Assembly: GCF_041146345.1 (NCBI RefSeq)
Contig: NW_027191404.1
Coordinates: 1,860,001 to 1,924,000, forward strand
Direction of reading: 5' to 3'
DNA from: Neodothiora populina
Taxonomy: Eukaryota
Length of the DNA stretch: 64,000 nt
Shown here: one piece after another, positions 24,592-37,006 of the stretch
How positions within the stretch are numbered: the stretch's first letter is position 1
Layout: every line of letters begins with the position of its first letter
Made by a program: the position numbers and the translations under genes
The notes under the pieces: generated by a model
What the model saw: only the letters and a program-made list of their open reading frames with translations
Told to the model about the DNA's origin: nothing
Databases searched by the model: none

Positions 24592-26375
24592 TTACAACTT
24601 GGCTCCAACAATCTTGGCCCAGGCCTCGGTGGAGAAGGACTTAGGGCGCTCGATGGGGGCACCGACGGCGCGGTCAATGATGAGCTGGGGAAGCACACCA
24701 ATGGCACGGGACACACCGAAGAGGACGGTGTAGAAGTTCTGTTCCGTGAGGCCGTAGTATTGGAGGAGGACACCGGAGTGCTGTTTGGTCTTTTGTTAGC
24801 CTGCCTTTCTCGTGATAAGTTTGCATTACTGATTATACGTACGGCGTCGACATTGGGGTAGGGGTTCTTGGTCTTTCCGTGCTCGGTAAGAACGCCAGGG
24901 GCGATCTTATAGACCTGGCTGACGAGCTTGAACATGGGGTCGTCAGGAAGGTGACGCTGAGCGAACTCGCGCTGGGAGATGTAGCGAGGGTCGGTCTTGC
25001 GGAGGACGGCGTGGCCGTAACCGGGAACGACACGACCAGCCTTGAGGGTGGACCAAAGGTAGGACTTGATGTTCTCGTCGCTGAGGTCAGAGCCGACCTC
25101 GGCCTTCATCTCCTGGAGCCACTTAAGCACCTCCTGGTTGGCAAGACCGTGAAGAGGACCGGCGAGACCGTTGAGACCGGCAGCGAGCGAAAGGAAAGGC
25201 GAGCTGAGGGCGGAACCGACAAGGTGAGTAGTGTGGGCAGAGACGTTGCCACCCTCGTGGTCGGTGTGGATGGTGAGGTAGAGTCTCATGAGCTCAACGA
25301 AGTCGCTGTTCTCGGAGAAACCGAGCTGGTTGGCCAAGTTCCATGAGTAGTCCTTGTCCTTCTGGACAGCGGGGACCTTGCCGTCCTTAAAGACGTTGCG
25401 GTAGATGCGAGCGGCAATGGTGGGAAGCTTTGCAATGAGGTCCATGGAGTCCTCGAAAGTGTGCTCCCAGTACTCGGCCTTCTTCATGCCCTTGGCGTAA
25501 GCCTTAGCGAAGGCAGACTCGTGCTCAAGAGCGGTGACGGCAAGAGAGAATTGAGCCATAGGGTGGAGGTCGGTGGGGCAGCGGTCGATGAGCTCCTCAA
25601 CGAATTTGGGGAGGTCGGAGCGGGCAGCCCACTCAGCGGAGAGGTCGCGGACCTGCTGCTCGGAGGGAACCTCACCAGTGAGGAGAAGCCAGAAGAGACC
25701 TAAAGCAGGAGTCAGTCTCTGTCAATCGTGATTTCGCTGTGTCCGGATCTTGATGGGTGTCTTGTCTTACCCTCAGGAAGAGGCTCCTCACCACCAGGGG
25801 CCTTGGGAAGGACCTGCTGGCACTCGGGGATCTGTGAGGTTGTAAGTCAAAGCTGTTCGCCTCGAATAGTTGTCAGTTCTGTGAATGCTTACGGTCTTGC
25901 CACGGAAACGGATACCCTCCTCAGCATCGAGGACTGAACCCTGTTTTTATGTGAGCGCGGATCTCAACGCATCGGACCCAGTGTGCGCATACCTCCCAGA
26001 CAAGGGACTTGATACCACGGGCACCACCGTAGACCTGGTCAAGAGTGACCTCGCCGACGACCGTGGAGCCGTAGTCCCTGTGATGCAAATGTAAGCTGCA
26101 TGTTTCACCTTTTTCGTCACAGCAATAGAGGCACGACTGACTTGCGGAGCTTCTTGATCTTCTCAACCTCGCGGGGGATCTGAGCAGCGAAGGTCTCCTT
26201 GAGCGACTATATTACAAGCATTGTAAGTAAGTGACCATAAACATTGGCAAAGGCGCGCGCCGATGTCACTTACGGCAGACTTGGAAGAGTATGCACGGGC
26301 AGCCTGCTTGAGCGAGGCCGAGGCGTTCATTGACGCGCGCAGCGCAGAGCTGCTGACTCTAAGAGAAGAGGCCAT
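24592..26375 (-). CDS. cit1: Citrate synthase, mitochondrial (7 exons), C-terminal -AKL
   Basis: Arg/Ser/Ala-rich presequence, [36 protein letters not shown] and PNVDA|HSG. Ends [15 protein letters not shown]. Confidence 0.97.
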
Positions 26376-26541
26376 TGTGTGTAATGGAAAGGTATGAAGA
26401 TGAATGGGAGGAGGGAAAGTGGGTATGTGGAGATGGGAGAGAAGAAGGGAATAACAAGGTGGAAAAAGCAGAAGAGAGAGAGACCGAGAGCGATACGGAG
26501 CTTCAGTGCTTGTTGCTTCGACGCTACGCTATCCACACTTC

Positions 26542-26588
26542 CACACACACACACACACACACACACAAGACTCGCTCTCTCTCTCTCT
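26542..26588. repeat. Compound (CA)n-(CT)n microsatellite upstream of cit1
   Basis: Read directly from the sequence. Confidence 0.9.
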
Positions 26589-27919
26589 TCCACCACTTCT
26601 GTGCTTCTTCTCTTCCTCTGCCCGCACGCCGCATGCCGCTTCACATCCGTGACGTCTGTGCGTGAAGCTCTCATCTCTCTTGGTGCTAGTCCTCTCTAGT
26701 CCTGCCTAGTCCCACACTCCAGGGCTTTGCTTGCATTTCAAGCGGGAGTCTACGTTGGGGAAGCAAGGCTGCAGATCCACATCGGAATGCTACGCACCGC
26801 TTCTGCATCGCTCCCGATGGTCTCGTTTACTGCACGGAAGTACTCTACCTTACCTAAGGTATGTTACTGTGTGGACGACTACACTACTGCAGTGTTCCCC
26901 ATTCATTTGCGTTGTACTCCAATCTACTCCTAAATTAATCGAGGTCAACTGACAGTGTAGTTCGCCTCTGTGAAGACGTACGTCACCTGGAGATTTCTCT
27001 TTCTCGTAATTAAGGTACATTCAAGTACGTATTAACCTCGGTCTCGAGTAGCCGTGCTGCCTTTCATCCATTGATCAAGTTACGGCTCTACCAAATATCC
27101 ACAGTGCCTTTCTGCATACTCTAATGGTAAGTGACTGCAGCAATTATTGCATCTTATACGCATCTCCGAACTACATCGTGCCTAAGTAAAGCAACCCGGA
27201 GACGAGTCAGCTTACGACTTACCGCAAGTGTTCGCACAATAAATATCTACGATCCCGATGCGCGATGCGATTGTCATGCACAACGCTTACCCTCCAGCAC
27301 CGTATCTTACGTGCACGTGCAGCTGACCTTTACTTGCCGAAACCCGGCCCGAAAAATCTATTCATTGTCTCTTCGCAAGCTGTGCGTTTCCCGCATTCTC
27401 CGCCTCACTCTTGCTCTTCCTCCTTCAACCTCTAATCCACACGAATTTCATCAATTAGCCATCTCTAAAAACATCCTTCACTTGACCGGATCTCCTTCGC
27501 CAACAGTACGCCTGCGCCGGGACTTAGCTGTGACGCTGACTGCCTGTCTGCTTGCTTGCCATTCGTGCTCGTGTGACTTTTCTTTCACCGTAGAGCTGAG
27601 TTACACAATAGCTGTAGACTACCTAGACTACTTCACATACTTCCAGTCCTAGTATAAGACGCGCCCTGCCTCGTGTGCGCGTTTCCGTCGACGGAAGTCT
27701 CTTTGGGAAGGCATCCGGGTGTATAGAGCGACAGGTCGACTTGATCAATCACGGCCAAGTCTCCGTTTCTTGTCTTCTCGGCCAACTTTCAAGTCGGTCG
27801 CGATAGTCCCTCAGTAAAATTGCGCTGCTCAAAAGAAGCAAAAAGAAAACTCGTCTTCTTTCCCGGACCGTGTATCCAATCGTCTTAAGGATCTCAGGTA
27901 CTGTAGTAGGACAGTAGTC

Positions 27920-30424
27920 ATGGCCAAAATTGATCAGCTCGAGCCCTTGCTCCAATCACTGCAGGCTCTAAAGCCGCCAGGCGCGTCAAAGACAAAGATC
28001 GCCGCCATCACCACTCTGTGTGTGGAAAATGTTCAGGTATATCCACTCGTCTTGCAAGCGCCTCCTGCTTCCGATCCAGCTCACATCTCGCCAGTCCGAA
28101 TCCGTAATTGCGCAACGTCTATATAGACATCTTAAGAGAACACCCGGGACCCACAAACTAGGAGTTCTTTACGTCGTAGACTCGGTGACGCGCCAATGGC
28201 TTGATAAGGCACATTCAGCCAAACAAGACGTGTCGGGGAGCTCTGCCCCTGATGGTACTTTTGCGTCTGGTGTTCACAAGATTACAGAACTCCTGCCAGC
28301 CTTGATAGATGACTTGTTGCAAAACGCCCCTCCAGACCACAAGGTATGTCTCACTATAGCACCAGGAACTCTGTCGTTCATATCTGTCTCGTTTCATGTC
28401 TTGATTGCCACTATGTGCCTATCCGACACGAAGTCGGCCCACGGACTTGTCACCTTGCCATCTTGTTGCCGACCCGAAACCGACCGGACACTTCAACTTA
28501 CGTTATGCAATAGGCAAAGGTAGAGAATTTGATACAGATTTGGGAGCGTGGTAACACATTCCCTGCGAAGGTGCTTGCAGACCTCAAGAAGAAGCTGGCT
28601 GAACCAGCTTCGGCTCTTCGTAAGACGCCTCCATTGCCTTTTCTTTCATTTGTCTGTCCTGACCCGACGAATCCAGATGTTCCTTCGTCCACACCTCCTG
28701 GTAGTCCTTCGATGAATACTTTAGTATCACTTGGGTTGAAGCAACCGCTAAAGCAGACGACAGCATCACAACCCGCCGCCGTCGCTGCTCCTACGCAGAC
28801 GCCGGCATCAGCGCCAGCGCAGCCCGATGCCTCGAGCATCCTAGCAGCGCTCGCAGGACTGCAGCCCATGCCTGCCGCCGTCACGCCTGTCCAACAGCCA
28901 GCCCAGCGCATGGCCCCCATCTCTCAACCTCCTCCTCCGCCCGCCCCTCCTGCAAATACAACCGCTGCATCTGGCGCGCCAGATTTAGCAGCGCTCTTGG
29001 CTGGCATCGCCCAACCTCAGCAGACGCCTCAGCCTGCGCCCGCTGCCCAATTTGCTCCACCGCCTCAGCAGATGTATCAACAGCCCTACCAAGCTGCCGC
29101 TCCTGCTAATCTACCAGCTCCGATCGTCCCTCGTCAACAATTCCAACCCTACTATCAGCCTCCGACTCCGGTCCAGACTCAGGCATCTGCTGCGCCAGGT
29201 CCTCTGGATGCACTCGCCTCGCTCTTACCGCCGCATGTTCTCAGTAATCCCACCATCCTCAACCAGGTCCTGAGTCTGCTTCAAGGATTGCAGCAGGAGG
29301 GTATACCACAAGAGCAGTGGGGTGCAGTTATTGTTGCTTTGTTTCCACCTCCTCAGAACACACCTGTCGCCGCATCCACTCCTGCGACTTGGGGAGCTGC
29401 TGCGCAAGACAACTATGCTGGAAATACTACAAATCCTTATGGTGGATACAGAGAACGATCGAGAGAGCGCGGACGCGGTCGCAGCAGATCCCCGGACAGC
29501 CGAGCGCCAAAAAGCGCCAATCGCCGCCCAAGTCCTGTCTATGGCACATACGATGCATCTATCGCAAACGCCCAGAGCGAAGACTTGGCGTCGCATTCAG
29601 CAGACAAGAGAGGCAGAGGCCGCGGAGGTCGTAACTATCGCCAGCGCACTCCTCCGGGCGCCCGCAATGGCTTCCAAGATGTGCCCCAGGCTGCAGCTGT
29701 TCCTGGTCCAAAGTGGACCGATATTGATCCCACTTTGCCTCCTGGGCATCTCAAAGTGCTGAGCAGAACACTCTTTGTGGGAGGCGCAACAGGCACTGAA
29801 GCCGAGCTCCGTGCCATCTTTGCTCGCTTTGGCCAGGTCCAGACTTGTATTGCAAACGAGGACAAGCGTCACGCATTTGTCAAGATGGCTACACGCAACG
29901 ATGCTGTTGCTGCAAAGTCTGCAATGGAAACTATGCGAGATCCTGATGTCTTGTCAAAGGCACGCCAGACTAAGTGGGGCGTCGGTTTTGGTCCTCGCGA
30001 ATGCTGCGACTATGCCACAGGTATCAGCGTAATCCCTATCGACACATTGACGGATGCAGATCACAAGTGGATGTTGACTGCAGAGTTTGGTGGTACCGGT
30101 GGCAGACCTATCGAGAGTGGACTTGTGGTTGAAGAGCCAGACATTGAGATAGGTGCTGGTGTCTCATCCAAAGGTATGTTCAATCCCTTACGACTGCGAA
30201 TGAGCAATGTGCTGATTGCAAGTATAGCTATGAGTCGTCGCGTTGGACCTGACGGAGGAAATCGACGCGCTCGTGGAGGCGGTGGTGGCGGTCAAGGTCG
30301 CTTTCGTCAACCCGAACCTGCCCGCGAGTCCCCGCGTCCTGATCCCGTCACTATTCCGCCGCCTCCTCCAGTGCCTGGGTTCGGCTTCAACTTTGCAATG
30401 CCGGGTATGCCTCAATTCCCGTGA
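27920..30424 (+). CDS. NRD1: Nrd1/Seb1-type RNA-binding protein (CID + RRM)
   Basis: CID: LKPPGASKTKI..HKLGVLYVVDSVTRQW. RS-rich patch. RRM: KVLSRTLFVGG..KRHAFVKM..WGVGFGPRECCDY. Confidence 0.93.
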
Positions 30425-31001
30425 ACCCTGGGCAGCATGTTTTCATCAGGTTCGATATTACTCAATACGATTTTTTAGTTTAAGGAGGTTTATGGAAACA
30501 AAAGTTGGCTTTTGGGTTACTTCTTGGTTGCAGAACTTTTGGGTTTCACAGGTTTGCGGCGGATTGATTATTGTCCACAGCGCGCTATCTATAGGTGGTG
30601 GTGGCGGCAGCATGGCGTGGGCATTGATACCTCTTCTCCTTTCTATAGCGTCACCCTGTACTTGTATCGAATCAGACGGACTCCTGACGACCTCGAGTCA
30701 TTTTTCCTCCTCCATTGCAATACTCTGTCTATGGTCTTGTGACGGCGCCTGCATTGTACTACTATACATAATTACACCAATATATATGACTCGCCAAATC
30801 TTCTAGACTGGGGTCACAGATTATAGGGGACATACAACCAAAGATCAACATGATGTGGTCACTAGAGGAAAGTACAGATGTAGTGCATGACATAAGTTGG
30901 TGTACCTCAAGAAACTTTTCGGGGCCCTGCTGATGATACTTATCTTCGTACTGCTGGTAACAAAACGCGAAGACTCAAAATGTAGGGATCGCTCATGTAC
31001 T

Positions 31002-32279
31002 TCATTCCTCATCAACAACAACACCCCACTCATGACTCTCCTGGCCAAACATGATATCCGACAACCAACCCTTTATCTTCTTTGCGTAGACTCCAGTCGT
31101 GCCTTCGGCGAGCGGAATCCGCAGTTCTTGAGTCTTATAACCAATCAAACCGACAGGGGCGACAAAAAAGGCAGTACCAGCCGCGAAGGCCTCGACAGTT
31201 CTGCCTTCATTGACAGCATCTACCACTTCACTCATGGTGAATTTCCTTTCTACAACCTCCACTTCGGATCCAAGTCGTTCTCTGGCGAGATCGAGGACGG
31301 AAGCTCGAGTGACGCCTTCGAGAATGATCTGATCCTCCAGAGGCGCAGTGACGAGCTGCAATTTACCTTCGCCCTTGCTTTTCCACACGATGAAGAAATT
31401 GCTTGCGCCAGCCTCGGTCACGTCGGCATCCGGTCCAAACAACCAAAGGATCTGATCATAACCCTTCAGTCGAGCTTCGCCCTGAGCTACAAGGCTGGGC
31501 CCGTAATTGGCGCCCAATTTGGCGAAACCGAAGCCGCCAGGCCATGCGCGAATCATGTCCTCATTGCTAGCCAGCAGTTTCAGCCCCTTTGCGTTGCGGA
31601 CTGTTTCACTCAGGTCGGGGTTGACGTAGGGAGCAGGCGGTAGGTTACGCGGGTCAGACCAATCCGGGAAACAGGCAATCATGATATAAAGCAGAGCTTC
31701 CTTGGGCACCTGAACACCCAGTCCCGGATCCGTACCGATGAACGTCGGCCTCAGATACAAGAACGAGCCCGCGCGAGACTTGGGAAGCCATTTGTCGCCG
31801 TCGATCGCACAGAGTTTCTTGATCAGCTTCTCCAGCTCTGCGGGCTCGAAGTCCGGCAGCGAGATCCTGTTGGCGCTCTTGCGCATGCGCGCTGCGTTTC
31901 TGCCAACGCGGAAAAGTCGTAGTTTGCCGTCATATCCGCGGTAGAGCTTTAGGCCTTCGAAGCACTCTGTCGCATAATGAAGACATGAGGCCGTGGGCAT
32001 AAGAGACAAGGGCCCATAAGGGATCAATTGGGGTGCTTCCCATCCGTCTGTGACGGTCCATTTGCAGGTGATCATGTGGTCAGTACATGTTCGCATTGCG
32101 CGTAATTCTTCATTTCCCGGCTCTGGGACATCGCGAGGGGACGTGGTCAGGGAGATCTGAAGCCTAGAGGCTTCCAGAGGTGCCTTTTTGACGGCGTGCG
32201 ATATGCCTGCGTCTGTCAATGATGAAGTTGTGGGCGTCGCTGTGCCGGACGCTGGCGGTGTGAGTGTCGTCGACGCCAT
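31002..32279 (-). CDS. Branched-chain amino acid aminotransferase (class IV PLP), intronless
   Basis: LHYATECFEGLK, LYLRP, PLP lysine in AKLGANYG, EAGASN, ILEGVTR and EAFAAGTA. Confidence 0.95.
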   Translation of the reverse strand: MASTTLTPPASGTATPTTSSLTDAGISHAVKKAPLEASRLQISLTTSPRDVPEPGNEELRAMRTCTDHMITCKWTVTDGWEAPQLIPYGPLSLMPTASCLHYATECFEGLKLYRGYDGKLRLFRVGRNAARMRKSANRISLPDFEPAELEKLIKKLCAIDGDKWLPKSRAGSFLYLRPTFIGTDPGLGVQVPKEALLYIMIACFPDWSDPRNLPPAPYVNPDLSETVRNAKGLKLLASNEDMIRAWPGGFGFAKLGANYGPSLVAQGEARLKGYDQILWLFGPDADVTEAGASNFFIVWKSKGEGKLQLVTAPLEDQIILEGVTRASVLDLARERLGSEVEVVERKFTMSEVVDAVNEGRTVEAFAAGTAFFVAPVGLIGYKTQELRIPLAEGTTGVYAKKIKGWLSDIMFGQESHEWGVVVDEE

Positions 32280-32507
32280 ATTTATCTTGTTGTAAATTCT
32301 AGTACAGCTACACTATCTCAAGTCTAAAAAGTAATCTTCAATTGGGACAATTTCAAATGAAGACGAGAGCAATTCAATGGCTATATATACAGGAGTGATC
32401 TATAGCCCACCTTATGGCAAGAATGATTCATCCTTGCGCCCTACCGTTTCCCTTGCCTCCTTCCCTAGCGGCGGATATAAAGCGCATGCAAAGGGAAAGA
32501 GTGTGAA

Positions 32508-32514
32508 TGAGTCA
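32508..32514. promoter_or_regulatory. Gcn4/CpcA-type site TGACTCA upstream of BCAT (second copy at 33085-33091)
   Basis: Exact TGAGTCA on the + strand ~230 nt and ~810 nt upstream of the BCAT ATG. TATATA near 32383. Confidence 0.55.
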
Positions 32515-33270
32515 AACCCTCCGCTAACCACACACACTCTATCTTAACCCGATCCTACGAGACGGAACAGGTACCATATGGAACTCCCAACCGACACAGA
32601 GGGCAAAAGATGCAGTACCTTGCATGAATTGCAAAAAATATCGATCCCTGCCAGATATCCGCCAACAGGTGAATCCAATTTCTTAAGCCGAAAGAGATCT
32701 TCCTTGTCAAAAGTCTCATAAATCAATCAATTACCCCTCGTTGCGATAAATTTTATTTGGTTTTCTTACACCGAAACTCTGGTCATTGGTCGATATCATA
32801 ATATCCGTCATACACTGAATTTTCCTCTCGAGCAATCTCGAATATAACGAGAAAGAGCAATCGAGTCGTGAGGGTCATCCATAATACCTTAGCAATTGTT
32901 GATCTGGAGGGTTGAGGTACGAGTACCTTATGCCGTCTACCGCCTCTAACCGCAATGCAACTGCACCTGGGGCGGATAGAGGATACGAGCTCCGAACATC
33001 GGAAAAGTATCAGAGCCGGTGCTAGCCGGCAATTTTTAAAGTACAGTACTTGCTCTCGGATATACCATGAATACATAAATCATTTGAGTCAAAAGATTAA
33101 TGTAAAGTAGTGGTTCAAGTGAGTGGAATGAGTGAGCTGATGATTTCGAGCCCATCTCGACAATATAAAACTAAATAAAAAAGTGATTTATCGTAACGTC
33201 TCCAATTCAAGTCATTGTCGGGCGTCTGACCCTCTCTTCAAAGTCGCGACAATGCTATCTCTCTTTCTTT

Positions 33271-35322
33271 TCATGAATCGTATTTTGTTTGGTATTCGTT
33301 GATGGCGGCTCCCTTGGCATCGTAATCGACGTTATCGTATACCATGCCCACATTTCCAGCAGGCTTGCCTTCAAGGCTCTCGGGAATGCTGGTGCCGTCG
33401 GGTGCAATGAGGAGTGCGTCCGCCATGGCCTCAAAGCTGAGCGTCATTTCCTTGACTTGCTTCTGGTTCTGTGTGGGCCACACGTAGCAGATCGCTATAT
33501 AGACGAAGAAACTGACGAAGAAACTCAAGAGCCATCCAAGATGTCCGAGGTTCATGCCAGTTTCGCTCACGTGAGCACCAAGTGTGCCAACAAAACCCGG
33601 GAAGGGCAGAGCAATGCCGCAAAGGTAAGCAATGACGGCTTGAATGTTCCAGCCCTTCTTGTAGTAGTAATGTGGGTTGGTGCGCGCGCCGTCATAGCAG
33701 TAAGCAACGAACATGTTGCCTTTGTTGATGATCCAGTAATCGGCGACCATGATTGCCACGACGGAGGCCATGAAGAGACCATCTGTACACAAGATCAGCA
33801 CTCATAATCGAATTAGCCAGAGAGGGAAGCACCTACAGCCAGATAGGAACTCCGTGAAAATTGCAGCACTCGCCATGATCTTCCAAGGGCAGATTGCGAA
33901 GCCCAAAAACTCGACCACCATCTGACCACGGGGAATGGTGATATAACGAGGGAACAACATAGACGAATCAGCGCCAAACGGAATCATGCTGTACAGAAAC
34001 AGTTAGTACAATCTGCCTGTCGGCTCGAGCAGCGAACGACTTACTTGGCGGCGATGTTAGTGCCGAAAATGGAGATGGTCCAGCATGCAGCGCAGAGGAA
34101 AACTGCGAAGCGTGCACCCGAACTCCAATAGTGATCCATGATAGCGTCAAGAAGATCCCACTGGTTCCAGAGCTCTAGTCCCCATTTGTTGTTCATCGCG
34201 GCGGTAGCCAATATACCCAACGACGCGGCCAAAGTCACGGCTAGAGGCTGCGTGAACAGCTGACTGTACATTGCGCCGGTCTTGGTCTTGCTCCATCTTG
34301 CCAAATCAGGCTGATTGGTGATGAGGGTCGCCGTGTTTCCCATGCCCACATTGATTGCCCAAAGCCAGAACCAACCACCCTGTGCTCCACTCGCCGGCGC
34401 GATGTGAGTGAGACCAACTTGGCCCTTGGTGTTCACCATACAGAAGATGAATAGACCCCAGACAGCAGGAATCATGACCGCAGTCTTGAACCAGAAGAAG
34501 CCGGCGAGTTGGTAGGGTCTGAAGAAGGTAAAGGGAAGATGGCACAACCAGAAAAGGAAGAAGGCCAGCATGCCCGCTGAGGTAATGCCCATGGACTCGG
34601 GGATATGGTTAGGTATCTCTGTGTAGTAATGTCCGAAGACAGCGCGGAGCATGTTCGCGACAAGGGAGGCACCTGAGTACACTAATAACGGTTAGCAGAC
34701 GCCATGGTGGCGATTTCGTGCCTTTTTGACTTACACTGCACACCATACCTGTATGAAATCAGTAACCATCATATAGAAACAGAACACCGGAGACTTACCA
34801 AATAATCGCCAAAACCGCTCTTGCGCCGACGAAGTAATAGGAGCCGTACATGCCAAAGACGGACCTGGCAACAATGGGATATCCGACATGATACACGGAC
34901 GCGCATCGCGAGTTGAACAACATGGCAGCAGAACTGATGACTTGCGATACGAAAATGACCACAATCGATTGCCAGACGTTGAGTCCGACACCGATCATGC
35001 TACTGCCAAGTGTCCAATTGCCAAAGGACAGGGCGAAGTAGAAGGCACAGTAGTCATACCAGTTCCATGTCCGCTTCTCCGGAGGTGTAGGATCCAAGTC
35101 TTCATTCGACCAAGTGGTGCCCTTTAGTTATGGTCAGAAAAGCATGCGGAAACAGCGCGCGACTCTTCATACTGCAGCGTGTCCATGGGCATCCAAGACT
35201 GTGTCTTGCACCTGTATCCACTGTTTGAAGGCTCCCCAGCTAGTAAAAGCTCGTCGAGCGTTCACTTTCTTCTCAGCGGCCGCAGCCTTGAACTCCTGCA
35301 CTCTCGCGGATAGGTCCCTCAT
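33271..35322 (-). CDS. NCS1-family nucleobase (uracil/allantoin/uridine) permease, multi-exon
   Basis: WSNEDLDPTPPEKRTW, ARSVFGMYG, NQPDLARW, NIAAN, ICPW and ADYW. Includes a 14-nt micro-exon at 34735-34748. Confidence 0.92.
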
Positions 35323-35613
35323 TTTTGGAGATTATCCGGATACGTGAACGCTGCGATATTAGGCGTGAGTGGAAGACAGGACACCAATATATACGGTTGA
35401 CAAAGGTTTTTCTTATCTTCGGTACTGAGCCGAAAAGTAACGTGAGGTCAGAGACGGCTTATCATGTGGAGACAACGCCATTCGACCAACAACGTAATGC
35501 CTATCACTGACAACCCTCTATAACACTCGCCTATCTGGAGTGCATGTACTAGCACTCGTAGCCCATATTAGCACATACGCGAAGGAATTGTAGTTATAGT
35601 GCGCAGTCTAGAC

Positions 35614-35651
35614 TCGAGATCATAAAATCTCGTCGAGATCATAAAATCTCG
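35614..35651. repeat. Perfect tandem duplication of 19-bp TCGAGATCATAAAATCTCG
   Basis: Units at 35614-35632 and 35633-35651; each contains the inverted repeat CGAGAT/ATCTCG. Confidence 0.9.
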
Positions 35652-36099
35652 AGAGCCATCATTTGATGCTACGATAGCGTCAGACCATAACACAAGAGAG
35701 ATTCAAGGTTTGCCTCGCGGATAAAGCCCTACATATCGAGGGTTAAGTGGCCTTATGCGGAAAATTGTCACACGAGAACGATATTCAGTTGGCCCGAGCA
35801 AATGCCCAGACCCTGAGCGCCAAGGAGACCCTCACCGCGGTAAATCTGCACACACACTAGGCAGGTCCAAGGTCAGCCTCTTGGGGATTACTCTTATCTC
35901 TACAGAAAGTCCGAGGTGGCGGTTCGCACCGATGCACTGCACGTCATATCCAAATCCTGCTGTGCATACCAATCTGCCTTATACTGCATATCGTAATGCT
36001 TAAGGGTTACACTCATCCTCCACCAAGACTTCTTATCGTAGCTGTCTCATTACCAAGCACAGTACAAGTATTTGTATCAAGGACGCCCAAATAGAGACG

Positions 36100-37006
36100 A
36101 TGGATTCCCGCAAAACAGTCCTTATCACGGGATGTAGCAGCGGCATTGGGCACGCTCTCGCGCGTGAGTTCTCATCCAAAGGACTCAGAGTCTTTGCCAC
36201 GGCTCGTCAGAGTTCGAGCCTGAGTGACCTCGAGCAAAACGGCATCGAGACTTTCTCTCTCGAAGTCACAAACGCTGAAAGCATCAGCAATCTTAAAAAG
36301 GAGATTTCTTCGAGGACAAATGGAAAATTAGACATGCTAGTGAACAACGCTGGAAGGAACTACACCGTACCCGCTCTAGACATCGACTTTGACGAAGTTC
36401 AGTCGACATTTGAAGTCAACGTCATCGCCGTGATGCGCATGTGCAAAGAGTTCTCCCCTCTTCTGATTGAGTCGAAGGGGACCATCGTGCAGCTTGGCTC
36501 CCTTGCTGGTCTCATGCCCTATGTTAGTCGTTCCATAGTCCGCTCCAATCGCCCCCATTCTTCTGCTGATATCCGAGCAGGTATTCGGAAGTGTCTACAA
36601 CGCCTCCAAAGCAGCTCTGCACGCTTACTCGGACACCCTCCGTGTGGAGCTCGCTCCGTTTGGGGTGAAGGTTGTCACGGTTGTCACCGGTGGCGTCAAA
36701 AGCAATATTGCTCGTGTCGACCGCGTCTTGCCCGAAGATTCGATCTATCTGCCCATCAACTCCGACTATCTTCGTCGCACCAAGCATTCACAGGAGGTAG
36801 GAATGGTAACGGAAGAGTATGCCAAGAGCGTCGTCTCCCAGCTGCTGCATTCGCCACAAAAGAAAGTCATATGGGAAGGTTCGAAGAGTTGGTTGGTCTG
36901 GTTTGCGTCTTCTTTCTTGCCCAAGAGTGTGCTTGAGTTTTACATGTCGCGCACGTTCAGCCTGTGGAAATTGACATCGCCAGAGGCTACCAAGAAGCTG
37001 GCATAG
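36100..37006 (+). CDS. AYR1: Short-chain dehydrogenase/reductase, Ayr1-like 1-acyl-DHAP reductase (intron 36523-36580)
   Basis: TGCSSGIG, LVNNAG, YNASK and ELAPFGVKV; C-terminal KKLA dilysine. Confidence 0.85.

Noticed and set aside
24456..24840. C-terminal extension of the 367-aa citrate synthase ORF
   Set aside because: Artefact of reading through the last intron; the spliced protein ends AKL at 24592.
30897..31643. 248-aa plus-strand ORF
   Set aside because: Antisense shadow of BCAT with no recognisable domain.
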